64,000 bases of DNA from Bacilli bacterium (GTDB lineage: Bacteria > Bacillota_I > Bacilli_A > RFN20 > CAG-826), in NCBI GenBank assembly GCA_035361955.1, contig DAOSDC010000007.1, forward strand, positions 12,682 to 76,681, given 5' to 3'. The number at the start of each line of letters is the position of its first letter. Within the stretch, counting starts at the first letter, position 1. The notes beneath the pieces are model-generated. The model saw only the letters and a list, made by a program, of their open reading frames with translations. It did not search any database and was not told the origin of the DNA. Shown here piece after piece: positions 9,811-19,225 of the stretch. Made by a program: the position numbers and the translations under genes.

Positions 9811-12156
9811 ATGCGTACTCCCCTAAATTTCGCGTGGCGGTTCATTGACCGCTTTGATACTAGCTATCTACAAAAAATGCCCAAAGAGGCCATCAGCATC
9901 GATGTGCCTCATACGATTAAACAATTGCCGTTTTCATATTTCTCCGAACGCGATTATCAAATTTTCGGCACGTATGAAAAAATATTCTCGGTACCGCGTT
10001 TTTCGGTGCTTGATGCCGCGCTGTTGACGTTTGAAGGCATCATGGTCAAAGCCCGTTTTATCCTAAACGGCATTGATTTAAAAGCACAAATATCGGCCTA
10101 TAACAAAATAACTATTGACGTGTCCGATGCGATTAAAGAAGGCGAAAACCGCCTAATCGTCATCGTTGACGCCCGTGAGGACAAACTCGTGCCTCCATTT
10201 GGTGGTGTCGTCGATTATTTGTCTTTTGGAGGCATCTACCGCGAAGTATATTTAGATGTCGTGCCGCGTGTTTATATCGAAAATCTTTATATCGACGCAT
10301 CCGTTGATGGAAAAGTTCAAGTTCGTTACGACATGGTCAATGTCTTGAAAGACAAATTCGATTTACGCTATGAAGTCGCTTTAAACGATGAAATCGTCGG
10401 TCGCTACTATGAAGACGAGTTCGAGCTCGATAATCCGAAACTTTGGTCGCTTGAGGACCCCAATGTTTATAAAATTAAAGCCACGCTGAAAACCAAATAC
10501 GGCGTACAAACGATTTTAGGACGGTTTGGCTTCCGCGAAGCGAAGTTTACCCCCAAAGGATTTTTCCTTAATGGAAAACACATTAAATTACGCGGGCTCA
10601 ATCGCCATCAAAGTTATCCTTACGTTGGCTATGCGATGCCCAAATCAATGCAACAACTCGATGCCGATATTATGAAAAATGAACTGGGCATCAATATTAC
10701 GCGCACCTCGCATTATCCGCCCTCTCGACATTTCCTCGACCGCTGTGACGAACTCGGCATCTTGGTATTCATCGAAAGTCCGGGCTGGCAACATATCGGT
10801 ACCGATGAGAAGTGGATTGCCCAATACAAAATAAATATCGAACGCATGGTCAAAGACCATTACAATCATCCGAGCATTGTGCTTTGGGGCGTCCGTATCA
10901 ACGAAGGACCCGATTACCACGACTTATATTCGTGGGCCAACGATTTCGTTCATCAATTTGACAAACATCGACAAACCGGTGGTGTAAGAAATTTTAAGAA
11001 TAGCGAACTGCTCGAAGACGTTTACACATACAATGATTTCGTTCATGAAGGCGATAATGTCGGCGTGGATGATCCCAAAGACATCATCGGCAAAGGTATT
11101 CCTTATTTAGTGACCGAATTCGGCGGTCATATGTATCCAACCAAGTCGTATGATGACGAAAGTCACCGCGTCAATCAGGCACTACGCCATTTCCGCGTGC
11201 TTAACGATCTTCAAAAATATCCTCAAATCAGTGGTGGCATCGGTTGGGTGTTCGCCGATTACCAAACACATAAGGACTTTGGATCGGGTGACCGCATTTG
11301 CCATCATGGCGTGCTTGACCAGTTTCGACATCCCAAATACGCGGCATCGGTATATCAAAGCCAGCGCGACGATGTGGTCGTGCTCGACGTATTGTCGCGT
11401 TTACAGTTAGGCGATCATCCCAAAGGCATTATCGGTGAGACGGTTATTGCTAGTAACGTCGATTATATCGAGTTATACAAAAACGATGAATTCGTGGCCA
11501 AATTTTTGCCTAAGCGCGATGCCTTTCCTTATTTAGCGCATCCACCTTTTATTATTGATGATTACATTGGCGAAGCGATTTTAAAAAGTGGCCGTTTCTC
11601 GAAGATGGACGCCGGCATCATCAAAGAGGCGTTACGCATCGGGGCCATCAAAGGTTTTTCGAAACTCGGTTTCATCAATTATTCGAAAATCGGATTGGTA
11701 ATGGTCAAGAATAAACTGAAGTATAAGGACCTCGTCGATTTGTGGTATCAATTCGTGCTTAGTTGGGGCACCGAGATGACTAAATTCACCTTCAAGGGAT
11801 ATCGTGGTGGCGAATTAGTGATTGAAAAGAGTTTGGCGGCGGCCCATGAGTATCATCTTGAAGTTACCACCGACCGTGAATTCATGGTTATCGATGACAC
11901 GTATGACGTTTTGCGCGTCAGCGTTCGACTTCTAGACGAATATGGCATGCCGGCTTTCTATGCCCAAGAAGCGGTCAGCGTCAAAGTATCGAATGAACTT
12001 GAAGTATTGGGTCCTAGCGTCTTTCCGCTGACAGGCGGACAAACCTCGTTTTACGTGAAAACGCGCGTGCTTGACAAAGCTGTGGGAAAAATAGCGATAA
12101 CGACCCCTGATTATGGTGAAGTTAATCTAAAGATTAATATCGTAAAATCAACCTAA
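9811..12156 (+). CDS. Glycoside hydrolase family 2 protein (beta-galactosidase / beta-glucuronidase-like)
   Basis: GH2 TIM-barrel block LGINITRTSHYPPSRHFLDRCDELGILVFIESPGW and NHPSIVLWGVRINEG, preceded by sugar-binding/Ig-like N-terminal regions. Confidence 0.8.
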   Translation: MRTPLNFAWRFIDRFDTSYLQKMPKEAISIDVPHTIKQLPFSYFSERDYQIFGTYEKIFSVPRFSVLDAALLTFEGIMVKARFILNGIDLKAQISAYNKITIDVSDAIKEGENRLIVIVDAREDKLVPPFGGVVDYLSFGGIYREVYLDVVPRVYIENLYIDASVDGKVQVRYDMVNVLKDKFDLRYEVALNDEIVGRYYEDEFELDNPKLWSLEDPNVYKIKATLKTKYGVQTILGRFGFREAKFTPKGFFLNGKHIKLRGLNRHQSYPYVGYAMPKSMQQLDADIMKNELGINITRTSHYPPSRHFLDRCDELGILVFIESPGWQHIGTDEKWIAQYKINIERMVKDHYNHPSIVLWGVRINEGPDYHDLYSWANDFVHQFDKHRQTGGVRNFKNSELLEDVYTYNDFVHEGDNVGVDDPKDIIGKGIPYLVTEFGGHMYPTKSYDDESHRVNQALRHFRVLNDLQKYPQISGGIGWVFADYQTHKDFGSGDRICHHGVLDQFRHPKYAASVYQSQRDDVVVLDVLSRLQLGDHPKGIIGETVIASNVDYIELYKNDEFVAKFLPKRDAFPYLAHPPFIIDDYIGEAILKSGRFSKMDAGIIKEALRIGAIKGFSKLGFINYSKIGLVMVKNKLKYKDLVDLWYQFVLSWGTEMTKFTFKGYRGGELVIEKSLAAAHEYHLEVTTDREFMVIDDTYDVLRVSVRLLDEYGMPAFYAQEAVSVKVSNELEVLGPSVFPLTGGQTSFYVKTRVLDKAVGKIAITTPDYGEVNLKINIVKST

Positions 12157-12158
12157 CG

Positions 12159-12182
12159 AAAATGCCCCGAAGGGCATTTTTT
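12159..12182. terminator. Bidirectional terminator between convergent GH2 and GPH-transporter genes
   Basis: AAAATGCCC-cgaa-GGGCATTTT, with A/T runs on both sides. Confidence 0.7.
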
Positions 12183-13731
12183 ATTTATCTACTCCGATTC
12201 GTCCCGCGGCAATGTCTTCGAGCATATGACTATATTTGACTTCGTCAATCGTATACTTCTTTTTGATCATCACAAATGCCAAAGCAAATAGGGCAAGCGG
12301 AATCACGACGATGCCGATTTTAAGGATTGTTAGACCCCAGGGTCCGAAATCGGAATTTTGGAACGCGAGAATCAAGGCATCGGCACCAGCTTTAACATCG
12401 ACTTCGCTAATCAGATTAAGCGCTTTTTGCCGTTCGAGTTCGGCAATGGAATTGGAAATGCCAAGGACACCTCCGGCCAATAGGAAGATATAAACGATTC
12501 CTTGTTGAAGTGAACTGGAAAACTTGGCTGCAAGCGGGCGCACCGCGAACACGATACTCTCTTTACGTTCACCCGTCGTCCATTCGTTATATTCAATCGT
12601 GTTGGTAATCATAATCATAATCGTCAGGTAAAACACGCCTTGACCGGCAAAAATAAGGACGCCGATTGGTGCAAGAACCAAGATGTCAAGCGGTAAAAAC
12701 GTCATCGGCCCGATGTTACCAACGAAGAAGAATAAGATGTAACCAATTGTCAACGCGAGAAAACTATAATTAATAAGTTGCGCGCGTTTAAATCGTTTCG
12801 CCAATAACGGATAAATAGCTTGCGAAACAATCGTACCCGCAGCATAGACGACGGTGAACAAAAACATAATTGATCCGCCATCGGTGTAGTTTTGCGAAAA
12901 ATAGAAATAGTTTAGACCGAAGCTGTTTAAAAGCGAAGAACCTAAGTAGTAAGTAAAGATAATGAGGGCGACCCACATTAATTGAGGATTCGTCTTCATG
13001 AGGCGAAACATCTCAATGACGCTTACTTTCGGTTGTTTCTTTTCCTGTTCAAGATCACGTTCCCGTTCTTTGCATGTCAAAACGAGAATAAGCTGGGAAA
13101 CGAAAAACAGCGCCGTGACCACAATCGCAATCATTTGATACGAGAATACGGCATTGCCAGCGGTGACTAGTGGCACGATGCCACCGACCGCGAAAGCACC
13201 GACGGCGGCGAACACGGTGACCATCGTCGTCAGTTCGTTGCGTTGCTTTTCATCGGATGACAAAGAAGGTAACATCGACCAATAAGCGATGTCGTTAAAC
13301 GTAAACGTGATTTCCCACAGCAGATAAAATACACCGAAAATCGCCACAAATCCCCAGCCGACCGGTCGTACGAGGAACAAAATCAAGAGGGCGACTGACG
13401 TGGTGACAGCCCCAAGGAAAATCCAAGGTTTGTATTTGCCCCATTTCCAATGGGTGTTTTCGATAATCGACCCGATCATCGGATCGTTGACGCCATCCCA
13501 AATGCGCGCGATGACGATGATGGCCGTAATGACGCCAAATTGCACCGCGTATTGAGCTTCGTCCAAAACACCGGTGTATTGGATGTAAGTCAGAAAGAAT
13601 AATGAAATGAGCGTATAAGCGGCGTCACGACCAATGCCACTGAGGGAATAAATCCACTTTGTTGGCTTGGGTACGACGTCGCCTTTAAACGTCTCGGTAA
13701 GATTAAAACCTAACTTGCGCTTTTCTTTCAT
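12181..13731 (-). CDS. Glycoside-pentoside-hexuronide (GPH):cation symporter (melibiose/oligosaccharide type)
   Basis: 12-TM protein with the GPH hallmark RIWDGVNDPMIGSIIENT after TM2. GGAGAA SD upstream. Neighbours are GH36 and GH2 genes. Confidence 0.8.
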   Translation of the reverse strand: MKEKRKLGFNLTETFKGDVVPKPTKWIYSLSGIGRDAAYTLISLFFLTYIQYTGVLDEAQYAVQFGVITAIIVIARIWDGVNDPMIGSIIENTHWKWGKYKPWIFLGAVTTSVALLILFLVRPVGWGFVAIFGVFYLLWEITFTFNDIAYWSMLPSLSSDEKQRNELTTMVTVFAAVGAFAVGGIVPLVTAGNAVFSYQMIAIVVTALFFVSQLILVLTCKERERDLEQEKKQPKVSVIEMFRLMKTNPQLMWVALIIFTYYLGSSLLNSFGLNYFYFSQNYTDGGSIMFLFTVVYAAGTIVSQAIYPLLAKRFKRAQLINYSFLALTIGYILFFFVGNIGPMTFLPLDILVLAPIGVLIFAGQGVFYLTIMIMITNTIEYNEWTTGERKESIVFAVRPLAAKFSSSLQQGIVYIFLLAGGVLGISNSIAELERQKALNLISEVDVKAGADALILAFQNSDFGPWGLTILKIGIVVIPLALFALAFVMIKKKYTIDEVKYSHMLEDIAAGRIGVDK

Positions 13732-13815
13732 ATGATGATATCCATTCTCCCAATCGGGTCACAGTTATCATCATTTTATATTCAATGATGGTTTATTGGC
13801 AATCACACATTGCGA

Positions 13816-14913
13816 TTATTTCTTGACATGATAAGGATAGTGCGATTCACGATTTTGAAATGCGATGATATCGGGGTTAACAATGCGACCAGCTTCGATT
13901 TCCACGGCGTGTTCAAGCACATTGTCACCAATGTAGGTTCCATGCTTTAAGAAATATCGTAGATATGGAAGAATCGCGCCACTGAGTTCATAAGACGCCG
14001 ATTCCCAAAAATATGTCGGACTATGGTTAACAGCATAATAAATACTGGGTCCAACTTCGAATGTCGGTTGATCAAATCCTGTTGGTTTGGCGAACTCAAA
14101 ACCCATACCCGTGTCACAACTGACGTCGATGATTAGCTGTTTTTTTCCGTTTTTAATAACGTCGTCATATGTCAAAAACATGATTGGTTTCAGCGGGTTT
14201 TGTAAGACGCAGTTGACGATGATATCGTATTGAGACAGTTCGTCGGCCGCCCGTTTTCCATTCATGATCACGGCTCCTTTGACGATGCGGTAATTTTTGT
14301 ATGTTACGAAACCTAATGCATCAGCGACTTCAAATCGTGTCCTTCGTGAATAAACACTAATATCGTGGGCGCCCAGTCCGCGCAGCGCGTTGATGGCGCC
14401 TTTTCCTGTCGAACCATACCCGATTACGGCGACTTTCCGCTCCTGGCCATAAACGCCACCGGTCATTCCTAAATGCGTTAAGGCGTGGATTACCGAAGCA
14501 TAACCCGCCAGTTCGTTGTTTCTAGAAAAGATGTGCTCCTGGCGCACGTTATTTTTCCATCGAAACATTGCTTCCCAAGCGATGAAAGTCATGTTCTTTT
14601 TTATGCCGATATCGGTAATCGCTTTACTTTGAACACAGTGAGGCCAGCCCCATAAAATCTGATTTTCGCGAAAATGGACAAAATCTTTCGGGGTCGGCTT
14701 TGCAAGAATAATGACGTCGCAAGTATCAAAAATGCGTTCGCGATTCATCGTCGTCAGTAAATTTGACTGTTTCAAATCGTCGAGTCCGGGATAATCGTTT
14801 TCAAACACAAGTTGTTCCAGTTCGTGTTTGCTTAACTCCTTGATGTGACTAGCATGAAGTGGGTAGCGCTTTTCATTCTTTTTCGTCGATGTGCTGATAA
14901 TTCCGATTTTCAT
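13816..14913 (-). CDS. AlaDH/PNT-fold NAD(P) oxidoreductase, N5-(carboxyethyl)ornithine synthase-like
   Basis: MKIGIISTSTKKNEKRYPL N-terminus. Rossmann motif VAVIGYGSTGKGAINAL. The start is taken at ATG 14913, which has an AGGAG SD 6 nt upstream. The track start at 14961 adds 16 unsupported residues. Confidence 0.5.
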   Translation of the reverse strand: MKIGIISTSTKKNEKRYPLHASHIKELSKHELEQLVFENDYPGLDDLKQSNLLTTMNRERIFDTCDVIILAKPTPKDFVHFRENQILWGWPHCVQSKAITDIGIKKNMTFIAWEAMFRWKNNVRQEHIFSRNNELAGYASVIHALTHLGMTGGVYGQERKVAVIGYGSTGKGAINALRGLGAHDISVYSRRTRFEVADALGFVTYKNYRIVKGAVIMNGKRAADELSQYDIIVNCVLQNPLKPIMFLTYDDVIKNGKKQLIIDVSCDTGMGFEFAKPTGFDQPTFEVGPSIYYAVNHSPTYFWESASYELSGAILPYLRYFLKHGTYIGDNVLEHAVEIEAGRIVNPDIIAFQNRESHYPYHVKK

Positions 14914-15050
14914 GATTGCTGCTCCTTTTTGAAATATGAAATCATTTGCCGCGATGGGCAATTAAAACAAATCTATGTCAAGATTTAACTAAATTTTACC
15001 TTTTTTAGCACATTATTACAAATTAGGGCTGTTTCCGACGTTGTTGCGGT

Positions 15051-15064
15051 TGAAATTGTTATCA
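15051..15064. promoter_or_regulatory. cre-like (CcpA) site, one mismatch, in the -35 zone of the GH3 promoter
   Basis: TGAAATTGTTATCA differs from the consensus TGWAANCGNTNWCA only at position 7 (T for C). Confidence 0.3.
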
Positions 15065-15093
15065 ATTGATTAACTGCCATTTATAATTAACTT

Positions 15094-17502
15094 ATGAATA
15101 TTAAAAAACTGATTGAACAGTTGACAATCGAGGAAAAAGCCGCGCTTTTATCAGGAATTTCTAATTGGGAGACGACGCCGATCGCTCGTTTAGATATTCC
15201 TAGCGTCGTGATGGCCGATGGTCCAACCGGACTCCGCAAAGAAGTACAGGGTGGTAAGTTTTTGGCGCCTTCACTACCCGCTACTTGTTTTCCACTACCA
15301 GTCACGCAGGCCAGCACTTGGAACATCGAACTGATCAAAGCGATGGGAGAAATGATTGCTAAAGAAGCAATCGATCAAGGAGTCGACACCGTTTTGGGTC
15401 CGGGCGTCAATATTAAGCGTAGCCCTTTAGGTGGGCGTAATTTCGAGTACTTTTCGGAAGATCCGTATTTGGCTGGTCAGATGGGAAGTGCATTCATTAA
15501 CGGCGTCCAAAGTCAGTACGTCGGTACATCTTTGAAGCATTTCGCCCTTAACAATCAAGAATTTCGACGCATGAGCATTTCTGCCGAAGCTTCGATGCGC
15601 ACGATGCGTGAAATATATTTATTACCGTTTGAATATGCCGTTAAAACGGCTAGTCCACAGACGATTATGGCTAGTTACAATCGCATCAACGGCATTTACG
15701 CGAGTGAGAACAACTGGTTATTGACCGACCTGCTTCGACTGGAGTGGAACTATCAAGGACTCGTCGTTTCCGATTGGGGAGCAGTCGTTGACCGCGTCAA
15801 AGGTGTCAACGCCGGCATGGATTTAGAAATGCCGACAAGCAATGGCGCCAACGACGAAAAAATCATCGCCGCCGTGAAAGATGGAACATTATCTTTGGCG
15901 AATCTTGACAAGGCAGTCACCAACGTATTGACTTACATCGAGCGGTGCCTTAACAACCGAACCAAGACGAAAAAAGCACCAAAATACGATTATGACACGG
16001 GCCATGACATGGCGAAGCGAGTCGCGATTGAAGGGGCGGTCCTGTTAAAAAATGATCGTGATCTATTGCCAATTAAGGCGGGACAAAGTATCGCTGTCAT
16101 CGGTGAACTAGCTCATAAACCACGATACCAAGGCAGCGGATCCTCGCAAGTCAACCCCCGTCGCCTCGTTTCGTTTACACAAGCACTTGATGAAAATTCG
16201 ATTAGTTATGACTATGCCCCGGGATATGGCCGACATTATATTAAGAAAATCAAACTTGCCCAACAAATCGCCAAAGCCAAAGATGTCATATTAATTTTTG
16301 CCGGTTTGACTGAAGAATACGAATCAGAAGGTTTCGACCGTAAACATTTAAACTTACCAAAAGATCAAATCAAACTGATTGACGCCATTGTTAAGGTGAA
16401 CCCAAACGTCGTCCTCGTTTTATCGCTTGGATCGCCGGTGGTCATGCCCTTTGCCAGCACCATTCCATCAATTTTGAACATGTACTTGGCCGGCGAAGCT
16501 TTTGGTGAAGCAGCATATGATTTGATTTTCGGAGTTGCCAATCCGAGCGGAAAACTCGCGGAAACGTTTCCCAAGCGAATTGAGGATCATCCAAGTTTTG
16601 GATCATTTCCGATGGGACCTCAGCAAGTCGTATACAAGGAAGGCATTTACGTGGGCTACCGCCACTATGACAAATCGCGCAAAGACGTGCTGTTCCCGTT
16701 TGGTCACGGTCTTAGTTACACCGCTTTCCGCTACCGCAACTTGATGTTTGAAAACAATTTACTCGAACACGGCGAAATCAAAGTGAGCGTCGAGATAACG
16801 AATGTTGGCGACGTACTTGGCGCCGAAGTCGTCCAATTATATGTCGGCGAAATGCGTCCCATCGTCGACCGCGCTAGTTTTGGCCTGAAAGCTTTCAAAA
16901 AAGTTTTCTTGAAACCTGGCGAAACGAAAACGGTGCTATTACCGCTGAACGAGACGGCGTTTCGATACTTTGACGAAAAACTGAACGGGTGGAACATTAT
17001 CGGGGGCGACTTTAAGATTCTCGTCGGTTCTTCATCGCGCGACATTCGCCTAAGTGACGTCGTCTACATCGAACCACGGGCAACGATGCTTCCCGATAAG
17101 TACAAGTCGTTAATACCGCCAAATGCGCCGGAAAACGGCGAACGAAACATAGCTTACACAAGGCAAACTATCAATCAAGCAGCGACATTTTATGATGCGC
17201 GACGCGTTAGTTTGAATGGTTGGTTGCTATACACGGCCATCAAACTTGGTGCCACAAAAATGGTTCCTAAAGGCATCTCGAAAACGGTTAAGAAAATGGT
17301 CCGGCAATCGGCGATTATGATGCCACTGCGGCAATTGAGCAATTTTTCGAGTGGAAAATTGTCGGAAATCGGTGTCGAAGCAATTATTTTGATCATAAAA
17401 GGCAAACTTTTAAAAGGTATCAAGATGCTATTCAATGATTTGAAAAAACATAAACACAAGTCGACAAAGACGCAAATATATCAAGTACAACCACGCGAAT
17501 AA
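15094..17502 (+). CDS. Beta-glucosidase, glycoside hydrolase family 3
   Basis: GH3 blocks LTIEEKAALLSG, KHFALNNQE and GLVVSDWGAV (nucleophile Asp). Fibronectin-like C-terminal domain followed by a basic tail. Confidence 0.88.
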   Translation: MNIKKLIEQLTIEEKAALLSGISNWETTPIARLDIPSVVMADGPTGLRKEVQGGKFLAPSLPATCFPLPVTQASTWNIELIKAMGEMIAKEAIDQGVDTVLGPGVNIKRSPLGGRNFEYFSEDPYLAGQMGSAFINGVQSQYVGTSLKHFALNNQEFRRMSISAEASMRTMREIYLLPFEYAVKTASPQTIMASYNRINGIYASENNWLLTDLLRLEWNYQGLVVSDWGAVVDRVKGVNAGMDLEMPTSNGANDEKIIAAVKDGTLSLANLDKAVTNVLTYIERCLNNRTKTKKAPKYDYDTGHDMAKRVAIEGAVLLKNDRDLLPIKAGQSIAVIGELAHKPRYQGSGSSQVNPRRLVSFTQALDENSISYDYAPGYGRHYIKKIKLAQQIAKAKDVILIFAGLTEEYESEGFDRKHLNLPKDQIKLIDAIVKVNPNVVLVLSLGSPVVMPFASTIPSILNMYLAGEAFGEAAYDLIFGVANPSGKLAETFPKRIEDHPSFGSFPMGPQQVVYKEGIYVGYRHYDKSRKDVLFPFGHGLSYTAFRYRNLMFENNLLEHGEIKVSVEITNVGDVLGAEVVQLYVGEMRPIVDRASFGLKAFKKVFLKPGETKTVLLPLNETAFRYFDEKLNGWNIIGGDFKILVGSSSRDIRLSDVVYIEPRATMLPDKYKSLIPPNAPENGERNIAYTRQTINQAATFYDARRVSLNGWLLYTAIKLGATKMVPKGISKTVKKMVRQSAIMMPLRQLSNFSSGKLSEIGVEAIILIIKGKLLKGIKMLFNDLKKHKHKSTKTQIYQVQPRE

Positions 17503-18512
17503 TGAAAGTATTGATTATCGGTGGCACTGGTTTATTAGGACTTGAAGCTGCCCAACAACTGTTAGCGAAAAAACAGCAAGTGATTGGCTTGGCGTTACCG
17601 CCTTTACCTGTGGGAGTGAGTTTGCCAAGCGGCTATCAGGTCATTTTTAAAAACTATTTGAATATGGGAGACGATGAACTATTGGCCTTGATGGAAGGCG
17701 TCCAAGCGCTCGTGTTCGCCGCCGGTATCGACGAACGAGTCGAAGGTCAGCACCCTATCTATGACCTATACGATAAATACAACATTCAGCCAGTCATTCG
17801 TTTATTAGGTTTGGCCAAAAAAGCGGGCGTACACTCTTCAGTCGTCTTAGGTTCCTATTTCACGTATGCGCATCGCCTTCATCCTAATTGGCAGTTGGAC
17901 AAATATCATCCATATATCGCCGCGCGCATCAAGCAAATGGAAGCGGCATTGGCATATGCCGAAGATGGAACGATGCATGTCGCTGTCCTGGAACTGCCAT
18001 ATATATTCGGCGTCCAACCAGGCCGGCAACCCGTATGGACGATTTTGCTTGAACAAATATTGGCGATGAAAAGGCGCACATATTATCCCAAAGGGGGCAC
18101 GGCCATGGTCACCGTCAGGCAAGTGGGACAAGCCATCGTCGGAGCGATTAACAAAAACCATGGTGGTAATGCCATTCCCATTGGATATTACAACATGACT
18201 TGGAAACAAATGTTGACGCTGTTTCACCGCTACACCGGCATCAATCGCAACATCGTCACGATCCCGACTTGGATGTATCGACTCGGCGTCATGCTTATCG
18301 TCAAAAAGAAAAAACGCCAAGGCATCGAAATGGGACTTAACATGGTTAAGTTTTCGAATGTTATGACGAGCAATCTATTCATCGATAAAAACGAAGGTTC
18401 AAAGATGTTGGGGGTCAAACCCGACGATATCCAAACGGCGATTGCTAACTCAATCCACCTTTCGATGGATGCGATTAAAGGAAAAAAGCTCGAAAAAATG
18501 AAAAGCGAATGA
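17502..18512 (+). CDS. NAD(P)-dependent oxidoreductase of the extended/atypical SDR (epimerase-dehydratase) fold
   Basis: N-terminal MKVLIIGGTGLLG Rossmann motif. Its ATG overlaps the GH3 stop by 1 nt. Confidence 0.65.
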   Translation: MKVLIIGGTGLLGLEAAQQLLAKKQQVIGLALPPLPVGVSLPSGYQVIFKNYLNMGDDELLALMEGVQALVFAAGIDERVEGQHPIYDLYDKYNIQPVIRLLGLAKKAGVHSSVVLGSYFTYAHRLHPNWQLDKYHPYIAARIKQMEAALAYAEDGTMHVAVLELPYIFGVQPGRQPVWTILLEQILAMKRRTYYPKGGTAMVTVRQVGQAIVGAINKNHGGNAIPIGYYNMTWKQMLTLFHRYTGINRNIVTIPTWMYRLGVMLIVKKKKRQGIEMGLNMVKFSNVMTSNLFIDKNEGSKMLGVKPDDIQTAIANSIHLSMDAIKGKKLEKMKSE

Positions 18513-18574
18513 CATCATCTTCGAAAACATTGCTCTCTAACAATAGTTAGACTATTATATTTATTTAGGATTAT

Positions 18575-19201
18575 ATGAGCGATTTGACCGCCAAAAAAAC
18601 GATTGTCGTCCCTGAATTCGAATTCAAGAAAGACCGCTTTATGTATGCGTTTACGAAGCGGTTTTTTGATTTATTCGCTTCGTTACTACTTATCATCATA
18701 TTATTAGTGCCGATGGTCATCGTTTTTATCATCGTCAAACTCGATGGCGGACCCGCCATTTTTAAACAGCAGCGTCTTGGTAAAAACGGCAAACAATTCA
18801 CGATTCTCAAATTTAGGACGATGGTTGTCCATGCCGAAGAAGATGGCTTTAAATGGGCAACCCCAGATGACCCACGCGTCACTAAGTTCGGTCGCTTTCT
18901 TCGCAAGGTTCAAATCGATGAATGGCCGCAATTTTTTAACATATTGATAGGGCAAATGTCGTTTGTGGGACCGCGTCCGGAAGTCAAAGATCTCCATGAC
19001 AAATTTTGTCAGTACGTGATTGGATTCGAAAAGCGGTTGCTAGTCAAACCGGGTTTGACCGGCTGGGCCCAAGTCAATGGTGGTGCGACTTTGTTGCCCG
19101 AGGAAAAAATCATGTTCGATGTCGAATATATCAAGCGCCGTTCACTTGCGTTCGATCTAAAATGTTTATGGAAGACGATCAAGGTTATATTTCACCCCTA
19201 G
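18575..19201 (+). CDS. Small monotopic sugar-phosphate (polyprenyl-phosphate hexose-1-P) transferase, PglC/CpsE-C-terminal type
   Basis: Re-entrant helix followed by KLDGGPAIFKQQRLGKNGKQFTILKFRTM, DEWPQFFNIL and SFVGPRPE, which are bacterial sugar-transferase motifs. Confidence 0.88.
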   Translation: MSDLTAKKTIVVPEFEFKKDRFMYAFTKRFFDLFASLLLIIILLVPMVIVFIIVKLDGGPAIFKQQRLGKNGKQFTILKFRTMVVHAEEDGFKWATPDDPRVTKFGRFLRKVQIDEWPQFFNILIGQMSFVGPRPEVKDLHDKFCQYVIGFEKRLLVKPGLTGWAQVNGGATLLPEEKIMFDVEYIKRRSLAFDLKCLWKTIKVIFHP

Positions 19202-19225
19202 GGTGATTGAAAAAGGAGCACAACT

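Noticed and set aside
17847-18320. Long antisense ORFs inside well-supported genes: 17847..18320, 22694..23164, 57109..57591, 60279..60695, 63406..63822 and 7724..8137.
   Set aside because: Each lies opposite a gene with clear family motifs and has no SD, no recognisable domain and low-complexity or Arg/Ser-rich composition. This is typical of codon-bias shadow frames. They cannot be excluded without expression data, but the sequence gives no positive support.
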